Source: an uncultured Alphaproteobacteria bacterium (lineage in GTDB: Bacteria > Pseudomonadota > Alphaproteobacteria > Rhizobiales > Beijerinckiaceae). From it: a stretch of DNA of 64,000 nucleotides. The position numbers and the translations under genes are program-made. Of this stretch, positions 18,828 to 30,031 are shown in pieces. Every line of letters begins with the position of its first letter. Position 1 is the stretch's first letter. Where the stretch lies: positions 2,458 through 66,457 of the forward strand of contig CAVYON010000028.1 in NCBI GenBank assembly GCA_963770035.1. The letters run 5' to 3'. The notes below the pieces were generated by a model that worked only from the letters and a program-made list of their open reading frames with translations, did no database searches and was not told the DNA's origin.

Positions 18828-20096
18828 ATGACAAATATCAGATGGCGCATCGTCGCGCTTTTGCTGATCGCGATCATCATAAATTACACGGATCGCGTCA
18901 ATCTCTCCTACGCAGCGCCGACGTTCATGAAGCAGTTCAATATCGGCGCTGCCGAGATGGGCATTGTTCTATCGGCATTCCTTTGGACGTATTTTCTTGT
19001 CCAGATCCCGCTGGGGGTTGCGCTCGACCGGCTCGGCGTCCGCTGGCTCTATGGCCTGGCGGCCATTGTCTGGGGCGGCGCCACGATGCTGACCGCGACC
19101 GCCGGCAGTCTCGGCGCGCTGATCGGCTGGCGCGTCCTGCTGGGGATCGGCGAAGGGCCGGCGTTTCCGGCGACCACCAAGGTCATGGGGATCTGGGTCG
19201 CCGACCAGGAGCGCGGTCTCGCCGCGGCGATCGGCGGCGTCGCCGGCATTCCGCTCGGCGTGTTCATCAGTTCGCCCTTCGTCGGTTGGCTGCTCTGGGC
19301 GTTTGGCTGGCAAATGATCTTTCTCGTCACCGGCGCCATCGCGATCGTCTGGGCGATCACTTGGCTCCTCTACTATCGCAATCCCGAAGACCACCCCGGA
19401 GCGAACGAGGCGGAGCGCCTTTTCCTGGCGAAAAATATCGCCAAGATCAGCCGCACGGAAGCCGGCGCTCAGGCGAGCTGGAAACAACTGTTGTCCAACA
19501 GGAATGTCCTAGGTCTCTCGCTCGGCCATGCGGCGATGCTGTTCAACCTCTATTTTCTGATGAGTTGGTTGCCGACCTATCTGATCCAGCAGCATCACCT
19601 CACTGCGCTCAACACCGGCATCTACGGGTCGATCCCCTGGTTGTTCGGCCTTCTCGGCGTCATCGTCGGCGGACGCGGGTCCGATATCCTGATCAAGCGC
19701 GGCTGGCCCATCATCAAGGCGCGGAAAGTGTTCTTGGTCGTCGGCATGGTGCTCGCGATGACCTGTCTCCTGACGGTCTACGTCGACACGCTGGCGGCGG
19801 CGATCGCCTGCCTCTGCGTGGCGGTGTTCGGCATTTTTCTCACCAACAGCGTCGTGTGGGCGGCGAACGCGGAAATTTCCCCGCTCAACCAGGAAGGCGT
19901 CGTCGCGGCGATCGAGAACTGCTTCGGCAATATCGGGGGCCTGACGGCGCCGATCATTGTCGGCTTCCTCCTCCAGGCGACCGGTTCCTGGACCGCGCCC
20001 ATGGCCTCCGCCGCCGTCGTCGCGCTGGTCGGCGCCGGGCTCTACCTCTTCCTGCTCTCGGACGAGGCCCTGTTCGCAAAATCCGGGGCCGCGTAA
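18828..20096 (+). CDS. MFS transporter, anion:cation symporter (ACS) family
   Basis: RWRIVALL..INYTDRVNLS, GVALDRLGVR, RVLLGIGEGPAFP motifs; 12 hydrophobic segments expected. Confidence 0.9.
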   Translation: MTNIRWRIVALLLIAIIINYTDRVNLSYAAPTFMKQFNIGAAEMGIVLSAFLWTYFLVQIPLGVALDRLGVRWLYGLAAIVWGGATMLTATAGSLGALIGWRVLLGIGEGPAFPATTKVMGIWVADQERGLAAAIGGVAGIPLGVFISSPFVGWLLWAFGWQMIFLVTGAIAIVWAITWLLYYRNPEDHPGANEAERLFLAKNIAKISRTEAGAQASWKQLLSNRNVLGLSLGHAAMLFNLYFLMSWLPTYLIQQHHLTALNTGIYGSIPWLFGLLGVIVGGRGSDILIKRGWPIIKARKVFLVVGMVLAMTCLLTVYVDTLAAAIACLCVAVFGIFLTNSVVWAANAEISPLNQEGVVAAIENCFGNIGGLTAPIIVGFLLQATGSWTAPMASAAVVALVGAGLYLFLLSDEALFAKSGAA

Positions 20097-20582
20097 AGGG
20101 CAGGATCAGCCGCAAGGCGTTGGCGATCGCCGACGGCCGAGATCCACAGGCCGCGAGCCTGGGCGCGCTGCGGGTCGGAAACCGTTAGTCTGCCTAGGAA
20201 CTGGTCGCGACAAGGGCCGATGGCGAAGCCCCCAAGCCCCGAGTTAGCGCCGTCGGGAGGCAGCGGCCAAAAGCCGCGGCTCGTCGCGGCCGCCCCAGCC
20301 CGAACCGGGATTATAAGACGCGCATGAATCGGCGTTCCCGTCCCCATGACGTGCGCTCAGCGTCGTCCCGGCGGTCGGACTCCCAGCACGGATGCGTCCT
20401 CTCGCCAGTTGCGCCGGGCTATAGCCTTTGCGCCAGCTCCCCCGACAGGAATGCAGACGTCACGTCTTTGAGGGTCGGGGGAGACGCCCTCCGCGAGGTC
20501 GTGCCCCTACCGGCAAGGTTCATAAAAGCTGCGGCGCGCCGCCTAGGGCGCACTTCGAGGGCGCGGGCGGCGCCGAAAAGGT

Positions 20583-21647
20583 ATGAGGCCCATGGGAACC
20601 ACCAGCACCTATCATCTTAGGGCGGACGCGTTGCGCGCGCTGTTCGCCCGCCTCGCGGAGCGGTACGCCGTCTACGCTCCGGTGCGCGTTCCGTCTGGCG
20701 GACGCTACGCTCAGACCGATTCGATCGTCTACAAGCCCGTGCGCCGCTATGAGGAGATCGAAACACACGAACGGTCGACTTATCCGATGAAGGAGGTTCT
20801 GACCCCGATCACGGAGACCCTTTTCTATTTCACCGAGGACGACTTCCGGGAAAGCAAGCCGCCCGCCCGGGACCTGCTGATCTTCGCGCGCGCCTGCGAC
20901 ATCAATTCCATCAAAATCCAGGACCAGATGTTTTTGAAGAACGGCGGCGTCGCCGACCCGTTCTACCAGCGCATGCGCGAACGGGCGAAGTTCGTCCTGA
21001 TGGAATGCAAGGAGGAGTTCGACGGCTGCTTCTGCTGCAGCGTCGGCGCCAACGAGACCGACATGCACGCCATGGCCTTTTCGTTCGGCGATGCGGAGGC
21101 CTGGATCGAGGTTCGCGACGAGGCGTTCCGCGACGATTTCCACGACGCCGAACCGTCGGACCATGTCATCGGCTTTCCGCAAGAGAACGCGCTCAAGGTG
21201 GATTATCCCGTCATCGACAGCCTGGAGATGGTCACGCGCCTCAAGGCCCACCCGATGTGGAAGGAATTCGACGAGCGCTGCATCGGCTGCGGCGCCTGCA
21301 CCGTCGCCTGCAGCACCTGCACCTGCTTCGAGACCACCGACATCGTCTACGCCGAGAACGGTCAGGCCGGCGAGCGGCGACGCACCTGCTCCTCGTGCAT
21401 GATCGACGGTTTCGACGCGATGGCCGGCGGCCAGTCCTTCCGCAAGAAGACCTCTGAGAAATACCGCTACAAGATCCTGCACAAGGTCTATGGCCACGAC
21501 GCCAGGTTCCACACCGGGCTCATGTGCGTCGGCTGCGGGTGCTGCACCGCCCGCTGCCCCGAGTTGATCAGCTATCCGGCGACGTTGAACAAGCTTTCCC
21601 AGGCGATCGAGGACATCCGGCGGGAGATGGAGGCGGCCCATGGCTGA
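20583..21647 (+). CDS. asrA: Anaerobic sulfite reductase subunit A (4Fe-4S)
   Basis: PITETLFYF, IFARACDINS, CIGCGACTVACSTCTC, MAGGQSFR, CVGCGCCTARCP. Confidence 0.9.
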   Translation: MRPMGTTSTYHLRADALRALFARLAERYAVYAPVRVPSGGRYAQTDSIVYKPVRRYEEIETHERSTYPMKEVLTPITETLFYFTEDDFRESKPPARDLLIFARACDINSIKIQDQMFLKNGGVADPFYQRMRERAKFVLMECKEEFDGCFCCSVGANETDMHAMAFSFGDAEAWIEVRDEAFRDDFHDAEPSDHVIGFPQENALKVDYPVIDSLEMVTRLKAHPMWKEFDERCIGCGACTVACSTCTCFETTDIVYAENGQAGERRRTCSSCMIDGFDAMAGGQSFRKKTSEKYRYKILHKVYGHDARFHTGLMCVGCGCCTARCPELISYPATLNKLSQAIEDIRREMEAAHG

Positions 21648-22440
21648 CAATCTGCTTGCGCCGCGGCCCTGCAAAATCCTCGACATTGTGCCCGAGACCG
21701 ACACGGAATGGACGTTCCGGATCGAGAACGATTTCCCCATCCGCCACGGGCAGTTCATGCAGCTGTCGCTGCCGCGGTTCGGCGAGGCGCCGATCTCGGT
21801 CAGCGGATTCGGCGAGGGCTACGCAGACTTCACCATCCGCAAGGTGGGCAAGGTCACCGACGGCCTGTTCCGCCTGCACAAGGGCGATTCGATTTTCCTG
21901 CGCGGCGCCTACGGCAACGGCTGGCCGCTCGAGCGGCTTGCCGGCAAGCATGTCGTGGTCGTCGCCGGAGGCACCGGCGTGGCCTCGGTCAAGAGCCTGA
22001 TCGACATGCTGCACGCCGACCCGGGCTTCGCCAAGGACGTCCACCTGATCCTGGGCTTCAAGAACGGGCGCAGCATTCTGTTCGCCGACGACCTCGCCAA
22101 GTGGCGCGCTTCGCCCGGTTTCCACACGATCTACGCCCTCGATGCCGAGGCCCTAGAAGGCTGGCGCAAGGGCCTGGTCACCGCCTTCCTCGAGGACATC
22201 CCGTTCGCCGCGTTCGGGAATGCCTGCGAATGCGTCGTCATCGGCCCGCCGGTGATGATGAAATTCGTCGGCCAGGGCCTGCTCGCGCGCGGCGTGCCGA
22301 AAGAGCGCATCTGGATGTCTTTCGAGCGCAAGATGTCCTGCGCCGTCGGCAAATGCGGCCATTGCCGGATCGATGAGACCTACGTCTGTCTGGACGGTCC
22401 GGTCTTCAACTACACCACAGCCAAGCAGCTGATCGACTAG
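21640..22440 (+). CDS. asrB: Anaerobic sulfite reductase subunit B (FAD/NAD-binding, 2Fe-2S)
   Basis: HGQFMQLSLPRFGEAPISVS, RGAYGNG, VAGGTG, ERKMSCAVGKCGHC..YVCLDGPVF. Confidence 0.92.
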   Translation: MADNLLAPRPCKILDIVPETDTEWTFRIENDFPIRHGQFMQLSLPRFGEAPISVSGFGEGYADFTIRKVGKVTDGLFRLHKGDSIFLRGAYGNGWPLERLAGKHVVVVAGGTGVASVKSLIDMLHADPGFAKDVHLILGFKNGRSILFADDLAKWRASPGFHTIYALDAEALEGWRKGLVTAFLEDIPFAAFGNACECVVIGPPVMMKFVGQGLLARGVPKERIWMSFERKMSCAVGKCGHCRIDETYVCLDGPVFNYTTAKQLID

Positions 22441-22444
22441 GGAA

Positions 22445-23476
22445 ATGGTCATGGTCGAAGATTGCAACGTCAAGAAGCTGCGCAACAACTGCTTCCGCCA
22501 GTCCAAGGTCCCCGGCGAGTTCATGCTGCAATTGCGCGTGCCGGGCGCCGTCGTCGACGCCAAGTGGCTAACGATGATCCAGCACGTCTGCCAGACCTGG
22601 GGCAACGGCGAGTTCCACCTCGGGTCGCGCCAGACCCTCAACGCCCCCGGCGTGAAGGCGCGGGACATTCCGGCCGTCAACGCCTACATCCAGCCCTACC
22701 TCGAGGCGGTCGAGCACGACGCGTGCGGCATCGAGATGGAGACCCGCAACGGCTATCCCTACATCGCGCCGCGCAACATCATGGCCTGCATCGGCAGCGC
22801 CCATTGCATCAAGGCCAACATCAACACGCAGGAGATCGCCCGCAAGCTGGAAAAGGTCATCTATCCCAACCCCTACCACGTCAAGATCTCGATTTCCGGC
22901 TGCCCGAACGACTGCGGCAAGGCGCATTTCCAGGATTTCGGCGTCATCGGCTGCACCCGGCCCGAATACGACGCCGACCGCTGCATCGGCTGCGCGGCCT
23001 GCGTGCAGAAATGCGAGAAGACCGCCACCCGCGTTCTGGCGCTCAACGACAGCCGCAAGATCGAAAAGGACATGTGCTGCTGCGTCGGCTGCGGCGAATG
23101 CGTGGCCGCCTGCCCGACCGGAGCGTGGACGCGCCCCGACACGACGTTCTACCGGCTGATGGTCGGCGGGCGGACGGGCAAGCAATATCCCCGCATGGGC
23201 AAGATGTTCGCCAATTGGCTGAGCGAAGCAAGCCTGATCGCGATCATGAAGAACTGGCCGGCGTTTTCCGACTGGGTGCTCGGCGGCAAGCCCGTCTACA
23301 TCCACGGCGGCCATTTGATCGACCGTGCCGGCTACCAAAAATTCAAGGACTTCATGCTCAAGGGGATCGATCTCAATCCGGAGGCGATGATCGCCGAAAA
23401 CATGAACTGGGTCGAAACCGAATATCGCAGCAACATCCACGTCCGGCCGCTCGAGCGGCATGAGGCGGTGGCGTAG
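22445..23476 (+). CDS. asrC: Anaerobic sulfite reductase subunit C (siroheme)
   Basis: KKLRNNCFRQSKV, ACIGSAHC, SGCPNDCGKA, two ferredoxin CxxCxxC clusters, GGHLIDRAGY. Confidence 0.92.
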   Translation: MVMVEDCNVKKLRNNCFRQSKVPGEFMLQLRVPGAVVDAKWLTMIQHVCQTWGNGEFHLGSRQTLNAPGVKARDIPAVNAYIQPYLEAVEHDACGIEMETRNGYPYIAPRNIMACIGSAHCIKANINTQEIARKLEKVIYPNPYHVKISISGCPNDCGKAHFQDFGVIGCTRPEYDADRCIGCAACVQKCEKTATRVLALNDSRKIEKDMCCCVGCGECVAACPTGAWTRPDTTFYRLMVGGRTGKQYPRMGKMFANWLSEASLIAIMKNWPAFSDWVLGGKPVYIHGGHLIDRAGYQKFKDFMLKGIDLNPEAMIAENMNWVETEYRSNIHVRPLERHEAVA

Positions 23477-23478
23477 GC

Positions 23479-23535
23479 GAGACGAAATTAGGTTCGATCC
23501 GCTCCGGCGACAGGGGTCGAACCTGCATTCGTCTC
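23479..23535. terminator. Long imperfect hairpin immediately after asrC
   Basis: gagacgaa..aggttcga / tcgaacct..ttcgtctc inverted arms; no clear U-tract. Confidence 0.4.
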
Positions 23536-23822
23536 AACATTTCGCGTGATGACTTGTTATCGAATCGCCCCAGAGATTGCGACAACGGCCGCGCAATGTG
23601 CACGATATCAATAGGACGCGCATTGCGAGTGTGCGCGAAGGCAAAGCGCGGTGGGCGCTCCGGCCCCTCCACAAAAACGCCGCCGCGCGACCCCACAAAA
23701 CCCAACTCTTCGCCCCATCATCCTCTCCATGCGGCGCGCCTTCAACCGAGCATCCGCGGCCCAAAAGGTCGCCGCGCCTCGGCCGGGTGGAAGTTTCGCA
23801 AAGAACCATGCGGAGGACGGCC

Positions 23823-24740
23823 ATGGCGGACACTTTCCATGTCTATTTCGGCCCCAAGGCGTTCGAGGCGCCCATTGAACTCCGCAGGCTCAGGGCGAGC
23901 GACTGCTTCGCCGCGCTGAAGGAAGGGTTTGCGGATTTTTTGGCGATGCCGACGCATGCCGCGTTCGTCGGCATCTTCTATGGGCTTGCAGGCATCGTGC
24001 TGGCGGCCTTGTCGTCGTTCGCCAGCGCGCTGCACCTCGTCTTCCCGATGGCCGCGGGCTTTGCCCTGCTCGGGCCGTTCTTCGCCGTCGGCCTCTATGA
24101 ACTCAGCCGGCGGCGCGAAGCGGGATTGGCGGCGTCGTGGCGCGACGCCTTCGCCGTGTTTCGCTCCCCGGCCCTCCCCTCGGTGATCATGCTCGGCCTC
24201 TTCCTTCTGGCGCTGTTCGCGCTCTGGATCGGCACCGCGCAATACCTGTACACGGCGCTCTATGGACCGAAGCCGCCCGCCGCGGCCGGGCCGTTTCTGC
24301 AGGACGTGCTCACCACGAGCCGCGGCTGGACGCTGATCGTCGTCGGCTGCGCCGTCGGGTTCTGTTTTGCGGCGCTGTCGCTGATGATCAGCGTCGTGTC
24401 GTTTCCGCTGATGCTCGATCGCGACGTCGGCCTAGCCCCGGCCATCGTCGCCTCGACCCGTCTGACGCGCGACAATCCGGGTCCGGTCGCGCTGTGGGGC
24501 GCGATCGTCGCGGCGGCGCTCGTCCTCGGCTCGCTGCCGCTGTTCATCGGCCTCGCCGTCGTCATGCCGGTGCTCGGCCACGCTACCTGGCGCCTTTACC
24601 GCCGCGCGGTCGCCCGCGACCCGGCGCACGAGGTCCCGATCGAGGACGCGACCGCCAGGGGCCTCGTCGAGACGCCGGGCTTACGGGAGGTGGGGACCTT
24701 CCTCGACGTGCTCGACCTCTTCCGCAGGGGACGGGTCTAG
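23823..24740 (+). CDS. DUF2189-family integral membrane protein
   Basis: GFALLGPFFAVGLYELSRRRE and PVLGHATWRLYRR motifs. Confidence 0.85.
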   Translation: MADTFHVYFGPKAFEAPIELRRLRASDCFAALKEGFADFLAMPTHAAFVGIFYGLAGIVLAALSSFASALHLVFPMAAGFALLGPFFAVGLYELSRRREAGLAASWRDAFAVFRSPALPSVIMLGLFLLALFALWIGTAQYLYTALYGPKPPAAAGPFLQDVLTTSRGWTLIVVGCAVGFCFAALSLMISVVSFPLMLDRDVGLAPAIVASTRLTRDNPGPVALWGAIVAAALVLGSLPLFIGLAVVMPVLGHATWRLYRRAVARDPAHEVPIEDATARGLVETPGLREVGTFLDVLDLFRRGRV

Positions 24741-24852
24741 CGCGGGGCGGCCGCCTCACGAGGACGGCGCCCTTCCAGGGCGCAGTCGATGACCGCGCCG
24801 GCCGGGTCTTCCGCCCAGCCCTACAGCGCCGCGAGCGCCGGCGAATGGCCGC

Positions 24853-25981
24853 CTAGTCCACGTCCTCGACGGCCACCGTCCGGCCGGACAGGCGCTGGGC
24901 GAGCGAGGCTTCCATGAACGGGTCGAGGTCGCCGTCGAGCACGTCGGCGGGGGTGCCGGAGACGTGGCCGGTCCTGAGGTCCTTGACCATCTGGTAGGGC
25001 TGCAGCACGTAGGAGCGGATCTGGTGGCCCCAGCCGATGTCGGTCTTCGAGGCCGAGTCGGCGGTGACCTTGGCCTCGCGCGCCTCGAGCTCGCGCTCGT
25101 AGAGCCGGGCGCGCAACATGTTCCAGGCGGTCGCCCGGTTCTTGTGCTGCGAGCGCTCCGACTGGCAGGCGACGACAATGCCGGTGGGCAAGTGGGTGAT
25201 GCGCACCGCCGATTCGGTCTTGTTGACGTGCTGCCCGCCCGCGCCTGAGGCCCGGTAGGTGTCGATCCGGCAGTCGCCCTCGTTGACGTCGATCTCGATG
25301 CGGTCGTCGACCACCGGGTAGACCCAAACGCTGGCAAAGCTGGTGTGCCGGCGGGCGTTCGCATCGAACGGCGAGATGCGCACCAGCCGATGCACGCCTG
25401 ATTCGGTCTTGAGCCAGCCGTGGGCGTGGGGGCCTTTGATCATGACGGTCGCCGACTTGATGCCCGCCTCGTCGCCGGCCGTCTCCTCGACGATCTCGAC
25501 CTCGAACTTCCGCCGCTCCGCCCAGCGCACATACATGCGCAACAGCATGCGCGCCCAGTCGGCGCTCTCGGTGCCGCCGGCGCCCGAATGGACTTCGACA
25601 TAGCTGTCGTTGCCGTCCGCCTCGCCCGACAGCAACGCCTCGAGCTGGCGCCGGTCGCCCTCGACCTTAAGCGCCCTCAGGGCGGCCAGGCCCTCGGCCT
25701 CGGTCGCTTCGTCGCCCTCGGCCTCGCCGAGTTCGACCAGGGTGGTCGCGTCCTCGAGGTCGCGCTCGATCTTGGCGAGCGAACCCAGCCGCTCCTCGAG
25801 CAGCGTGCGCTCGCGCATCAGCTTCTGCGCGGCGTCGGCGTCGTTCCACAGGTTCGGGTCTTCGGATTTGGCGTTGAGCTCGGCTAGCCGCCGCGTCGCT
25901 GTCTCGACGTCAAAGATGCCTCCTCAGCAGTCCTACGGACTGCTTGATGTCTTCGACCAACTGTTCCGCTTCCGCGCGCAT
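24853..25981 (-). CDS. prfB: Peptide chain release factor 2 (programmed +1 frameshift after codon 23)
   Basis: MRAEAEQLVEDIKQSVGLLRRHL, then CTT TGA C; SPF and GGQ motifs. Confidence 0.97.
25909..25924 (-). promoter_or_regulatory. prfB +1 ribosomal frameshift site
   Basis: AGGAGG-cat-CTT-TGA-C on the minus strand, the canonical RF2 autoregulatory slippage signal. Confidence 0.95.
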
Positions 25982-26085
25982 CATCCAAATCCGTGGGGGC
26001 CCATAGGGCGCCAGCCTTGCGCGAACCGCCGCGCAGGGCCCCGTCGTCTAGCCTCTCCGGCCTGGCGAGGCAATCCGCCAGAGCC

Positions 26086-28495
26086 TCAGTAGAGCCCGCC
26101 TGTGCCCGAGCCGACGGACTGGCCGCCTCCATCGTCGACCGCGGCCTGGGCGGCTGCTCCGCCGCCGCCCGCGGCGTAGCTGTCGGGCGGGCCGGTGCCG
26201 GGCTTGAACGCCTCCATGATCGTGCCCGGGCCGGTCGCGCGCATGCCGGAATGGACATCGACCGAGATGAGCTTGATCCCGGGCGGAATGCGGAACGGCG
26301 TGTCGGGCGTGTCCTTCAGCGCCATCTTCATGAAGTCGCGGAAGATCGGCGCGGTGTAGAGCGCCGCCTGCGCGCTGTCGCCGAGCGAGCGCGGCTTGTC
26401 GTAGCCCATGAACACGCCGAAGGCGAGGTTCGGCGAAAAGCCGACGAACCAGAGATCCTTGGCGTCGTTGGTGGTGCCGGTCTTGCCGGCAAGCGTCTTG
26501 CCGACCTCCTTGATCGCGATACCGGTGCCGCGCTGGATCACGCCCTCCATGATCGAGGTGATCTGGTAGGCGCTCAACGGGTCGATCACCTGCTCGCGCT
26601 TGTCGACCAGGGTCGGCTCTGGCTGATTGTCCCACTTGGCCGCGTCGCAGCCCTCGCAGATGCGCTCGTCATGCCTGTAGATCGTGTTGCCCCAGCGATC
26701 CTGGATGCGGTCGATCAGGGTCGGCTTGATTCGCTTGCCGCCGTTGTCGAACATCGAATAGGCGGTGACCATGCGCAGCACCGTGGTCTCGCCGGCCCCG
26801 ATCGACATCGACAGGAACGGCGGCAGGTTGTCGTAGACTCCGAAGCGCTTGGCGTATTCGACGATGACCGGCATGCCGAGGTCGCGCGCCAGGCGGACGG
26901 TCATCAGGTTGATCGAGTGCTCGACGCCGAACCGCAACGTGTGCGTGCCGCCGGACTCCCCTTCGAAGTTCGACGGCGACCACACCTGTCCGCTGCCGTC
27001 TTCGATCTGCACCGGCGCGTCGAGAATTTGCGAGGAGGGCGTGTAGCCCTTGTCGAGCGCGGTGGCATAGACGATCGGCTTGAACGACGAGCCGGGCTGC
27101 CGCTGCGCCTGCGTGGCGCGGTTGAACTCGGATTCGTCGAACGAGAAGCCGCCGACCATCGCCAGAACGCGGCCGGTGAACGGATCCATGGCGACGCAGG
27201 CGCCGCTGACCTCCGGGATCTGACGCAGGCGGTACTCGCCGACGCGGCCCGCCATCGGTTCGACGTAGAAGACGTCGCCGGGCTTCGCCAGCGACCTGGG
27301 GGACCGGCCCGTCCAGCGATAACCGTCGGGCGGGACCGAGCCGGTCTGCCGGTCCTGGACGACGGCGCCGGACTTGTCGTGCTCGGGCTGGAGTCCGATG
27401 CGGATCGCCGGGCCGCTGACGTCGAGGGCGACCGCGAGCTGCCACGGCTTGATGTCGGCGTAGGCTGGAATGTCGGCCAGCGGCACGCCCCAGTCCTGGC
27501 CGAGATCGATGCTCTTGAGCGCTCCGTGCCAGCCATGGGCTTCGTCGTAGCGCACGAGCCCGTCCACCAGGGCCTTGCGCGCCATCAGCTGAAATCTTGG
27601 GATCGAGCGTGGTTCGGACCGAAAGGCCGCCCTCGTACAGCTTCTGCTCGCCGTACCGCTCGCTGAGTTCGCGCCGCACCTCCTCGGCGAAGAAGCCGGC
27701 GGCGATGGTGTCGGGCGTCAGCACGCGCGGATTGACCACCAGCGGTTCGGCGCGCGCCTGGCGCGCCTGGTCGGCCGTGATGTAGCCGTCCTCGGCCATG
27801 CGCCCGATGACATAGTTGCGGCGCTCGACCGCCCGGTCGTGGTTGCGGAACGGATTGAGGGCGCTCGGCTCCTTAGGGAGCGCCGCCAGATAGGCGACCT
27901 CCGCGATCGAAAGCTCGTGCACCGACTTGTTGAAATAGTTCAATGCGGCCGCGGCGACCCCGTAGTTCGACAGACCGAGGTAGATTTCGTTGAGGTAGAG
28001 CTCGAGGATCTTTTCCTTCGAATAGGCGGACTCGATGCGCACGCTGAGCAGGATTTCGCGAATCTTGCGGTCAAACGTGCGATCCGAACTCAGAAGGAAG
28101 TTCTTCGCCACCTGTTGGGTGATGGTCGAGGCGCCCTGGACGTGCCGTGAGCCCTGCAGGAAAACGATGCCTGCGCGCACGATGCCTTCGGGGTCGAACC
28201 CGCCGTGCGAATAGAAATTCTTGTCTTCGGCGGAGATGAAAGCTTCCTTGACCAGATCCGGAATGGCTGAGGACGGGAGGTAGAGCCGGCGCTCGCGCGA
28301 ATATTCCGCCAAGAGGCTGCCGTCGGCGGCGTGAACGCGCGTCATCACCGGCGGCTCGTAGTTCTTGAGCTGACTGAAGTCGGGCAGATCCTGCTCGTAC
28401 TTCCAGACGACGGCGCCGAGCACCGCCGCCGCGACCACGAAGACGATCGCGCCAGTGGCGAATATGAAGCCGAGGAGGCGAAGTATCGCGCGCAT
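26086..28495 (-). CDS. mrcA: Penicillin-binding protein 1A (apparent +1 frameshift at about 27593)
   Basis: AEDKNFYSH, GASTITQQVAKN and RKIRE (transglycosylase); RQPGSSFKP, SIN and KTGT (transpeptidase). Confidence 0.95.
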
Positions 28496-28765
28496 CGTAC
28501 TGACAAAACCTTCGCTTGCGCCCATCGCCGAGTGCGCCTGCCCCCGGACGAACGGACATTTGCCGGTCCGCCCGCGACGCCCCGCCGACGGGAACGCCTT
28601 TCGCCCTTGCGGCCGAACGCCTCATGTCCCCGAATTCAAGCCGGCCCCCAATCCGTTGCGAGTTGGGCGAATCTATGATGGCGCCCGCCGACGCGAGGCG
28701 CAAACGGCCCGTGAGCCAGGGAAACGGCGGGCAGGCCAGAGACATGCGAAAGCGGCGGCGCGGCG

Positions 28766-30031
28766 CTAGCGCGTGGGCGCGACGCCCCCGTCCGCGTCCA
28801 GCGCCACCCCCGGTCCGGCGGAGGCGCCCTCCCCGGTCGCGCCTGGATTGGCGAAAAAGGCGTCCACCGCCTTGGCCATTGCTGCGACGGTCCGGACGCG
28901 CCAGTCCGCCGACTGCAGCGACGCGACGTCCTGGGGGTTCGACAGATACCCGAGTTCGACCAGCACCGATGGAAACTCCGGCGCTTTCAGGACGACAAAT
29001 CCTGCCGACCGCTCGGGATTGTGATTGAGCCGAGTCGCGCCGCCCAGGTCGTCGACCAGCGTGCGGGAAAAGAGATGGGAATAGACAAGAGTTTCCCGGC
29101 GCTTGAGGTCGAATAAGATGTCGGAGACCCCGGGATCGGCGTCGGCCGTCCGCGCCTTGCCCGGCGTCCGGCTGGCTGCGTTCTCGCGCGCTGCGATCCT
29201 GGCGGCCTCGGCGTCGGAGGCGCGATCCGCCACAGTGTAGACAGTCGAGCCGCTAACGTCGCCGACATCGGTCAGCGTGTCGGCGTAAATCGAAAGGAAC
29301 AGCGAAGCGTTGGCGTCGCGCGCGAAAGCCACGCGGCTGTCGAGATCGACGTACTGGTCGCCTTGGCGGGTCATCAGCACGGTGTACCGCCGGGTCGCCT
29401 CGAGCTGGCGCTTCAGTTCGAGGCAGAAGGCCAGGACGACGGTCTTTTCCACCACGCCGCCGACGCCGTGCGCGCCACCGTCGATCCCGCCATGACCCGG
29501 ATCGAGCACAATGACCGGCAGGCCGGCCGTGGGCGTCGGACCGGAGGGCGTCGGCGCGGCGGGGTCCGGCGGCGCGGCCGCCGCGGCAAAAGCGAGGTCG
29601 TCGCAGGGTTTGATCGCGATCCCTAGGCGCGATGGCTCGGCGCCCTCGGCAATCGGCTTCACAGCAATGCCGGCCGGACAGGCCCGGCGAACGAGGTCGA
29701 TGACGATTCGTGAACGGCCCGGCGCAAGCAGCCCGAACCGGAAAGCCTTGACAAGCGGGCCGTCCACCGCATCCGCCTGACCGGTCCCAGGGTCCACGTC
29801 GAAGACTGTTTCGGGAAGATCGACGACGATGCGGTCCGGCGAGGCGAGCGTATGGGCGCGCGCCTCGACCGGGCGTGACAGGTCGAAGGTCAACTCTGCA
29901 CGGTTCGCGTTCTGGACGAGCTTGACCCCGACCGCTACCGGCCGCGAAACCTCGTCCGCCGCGCGCGCCGCGGTCGACGCGGCGGCCAGCGCCGCCAGAA
30001 TCGCTGCGGCGAAGAGTCTTGCCGGCCCCAT
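28766..30031 (-). CDS. amiC: N-acetylmuramoyl-L-alanine amidase (AMIN + Amidase_3)
   Basis: RIVVDLP, LDPGHGGIDGGA, VEK, FVVLKAPEFPSVLVELGYLSN. SIYAD instead of SIHAD falls at a GANTC site. Confidence 0.9.
   Translation of the reverse strand: MGPARLFAAAILAALAAASTAARAADEVSRPVAVGVKLVQNANRAELTFDLSRPVEARAHTLASPDRIVVDLPETVFDVDPGTGQADAVDGPLVKAFRFGLLAPGRSRIVIDLVRRACPAGIAVKPIAEGAEPSRLGIAIKPCDDLAFAAAAAPPDPAAPTPSGPTPTAGLPVIVLDPGHGGIDGGAHGVGGVVEKTVVLAFCLELKRQLEATRRYTVLMTRQGDQYVDLDSRVAFARDANASLFLSIYADTLTDVGDVSGSTVYTVADRASDAEAARIAARENAASRTPGKARTADADPGVSDILFDLKRRETLVYSHLFSRTLVDDLGGATRLNHNPERSAGFVVLKAPEFPSVLVELGYLSNPQDVASLQSADWRVRTVAAMAKAVDAFFANPGATGEGASAGPGVALDADGGVAPTR

Noticed and set aside
23490-23524. 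tRNA fragment (GGTTCGATCC T-loop-like motif)
   Set aside because: No cloverleaf, D-arm or anticodon arm; the motif is one arm of an inverted repeat.
25909-25915. In-frame stop in prfB as a defect or novelty
   Set aside because: It is the well-known programmed +1 frameshift.
29281-29295. Catalytically dead amidase (SIYAD), RNase H (HTNSQ) and transaldolase (WNNS)
   Set aside because: All three are the same G>A change at the first base of GANTC, consistent with a systematic error.
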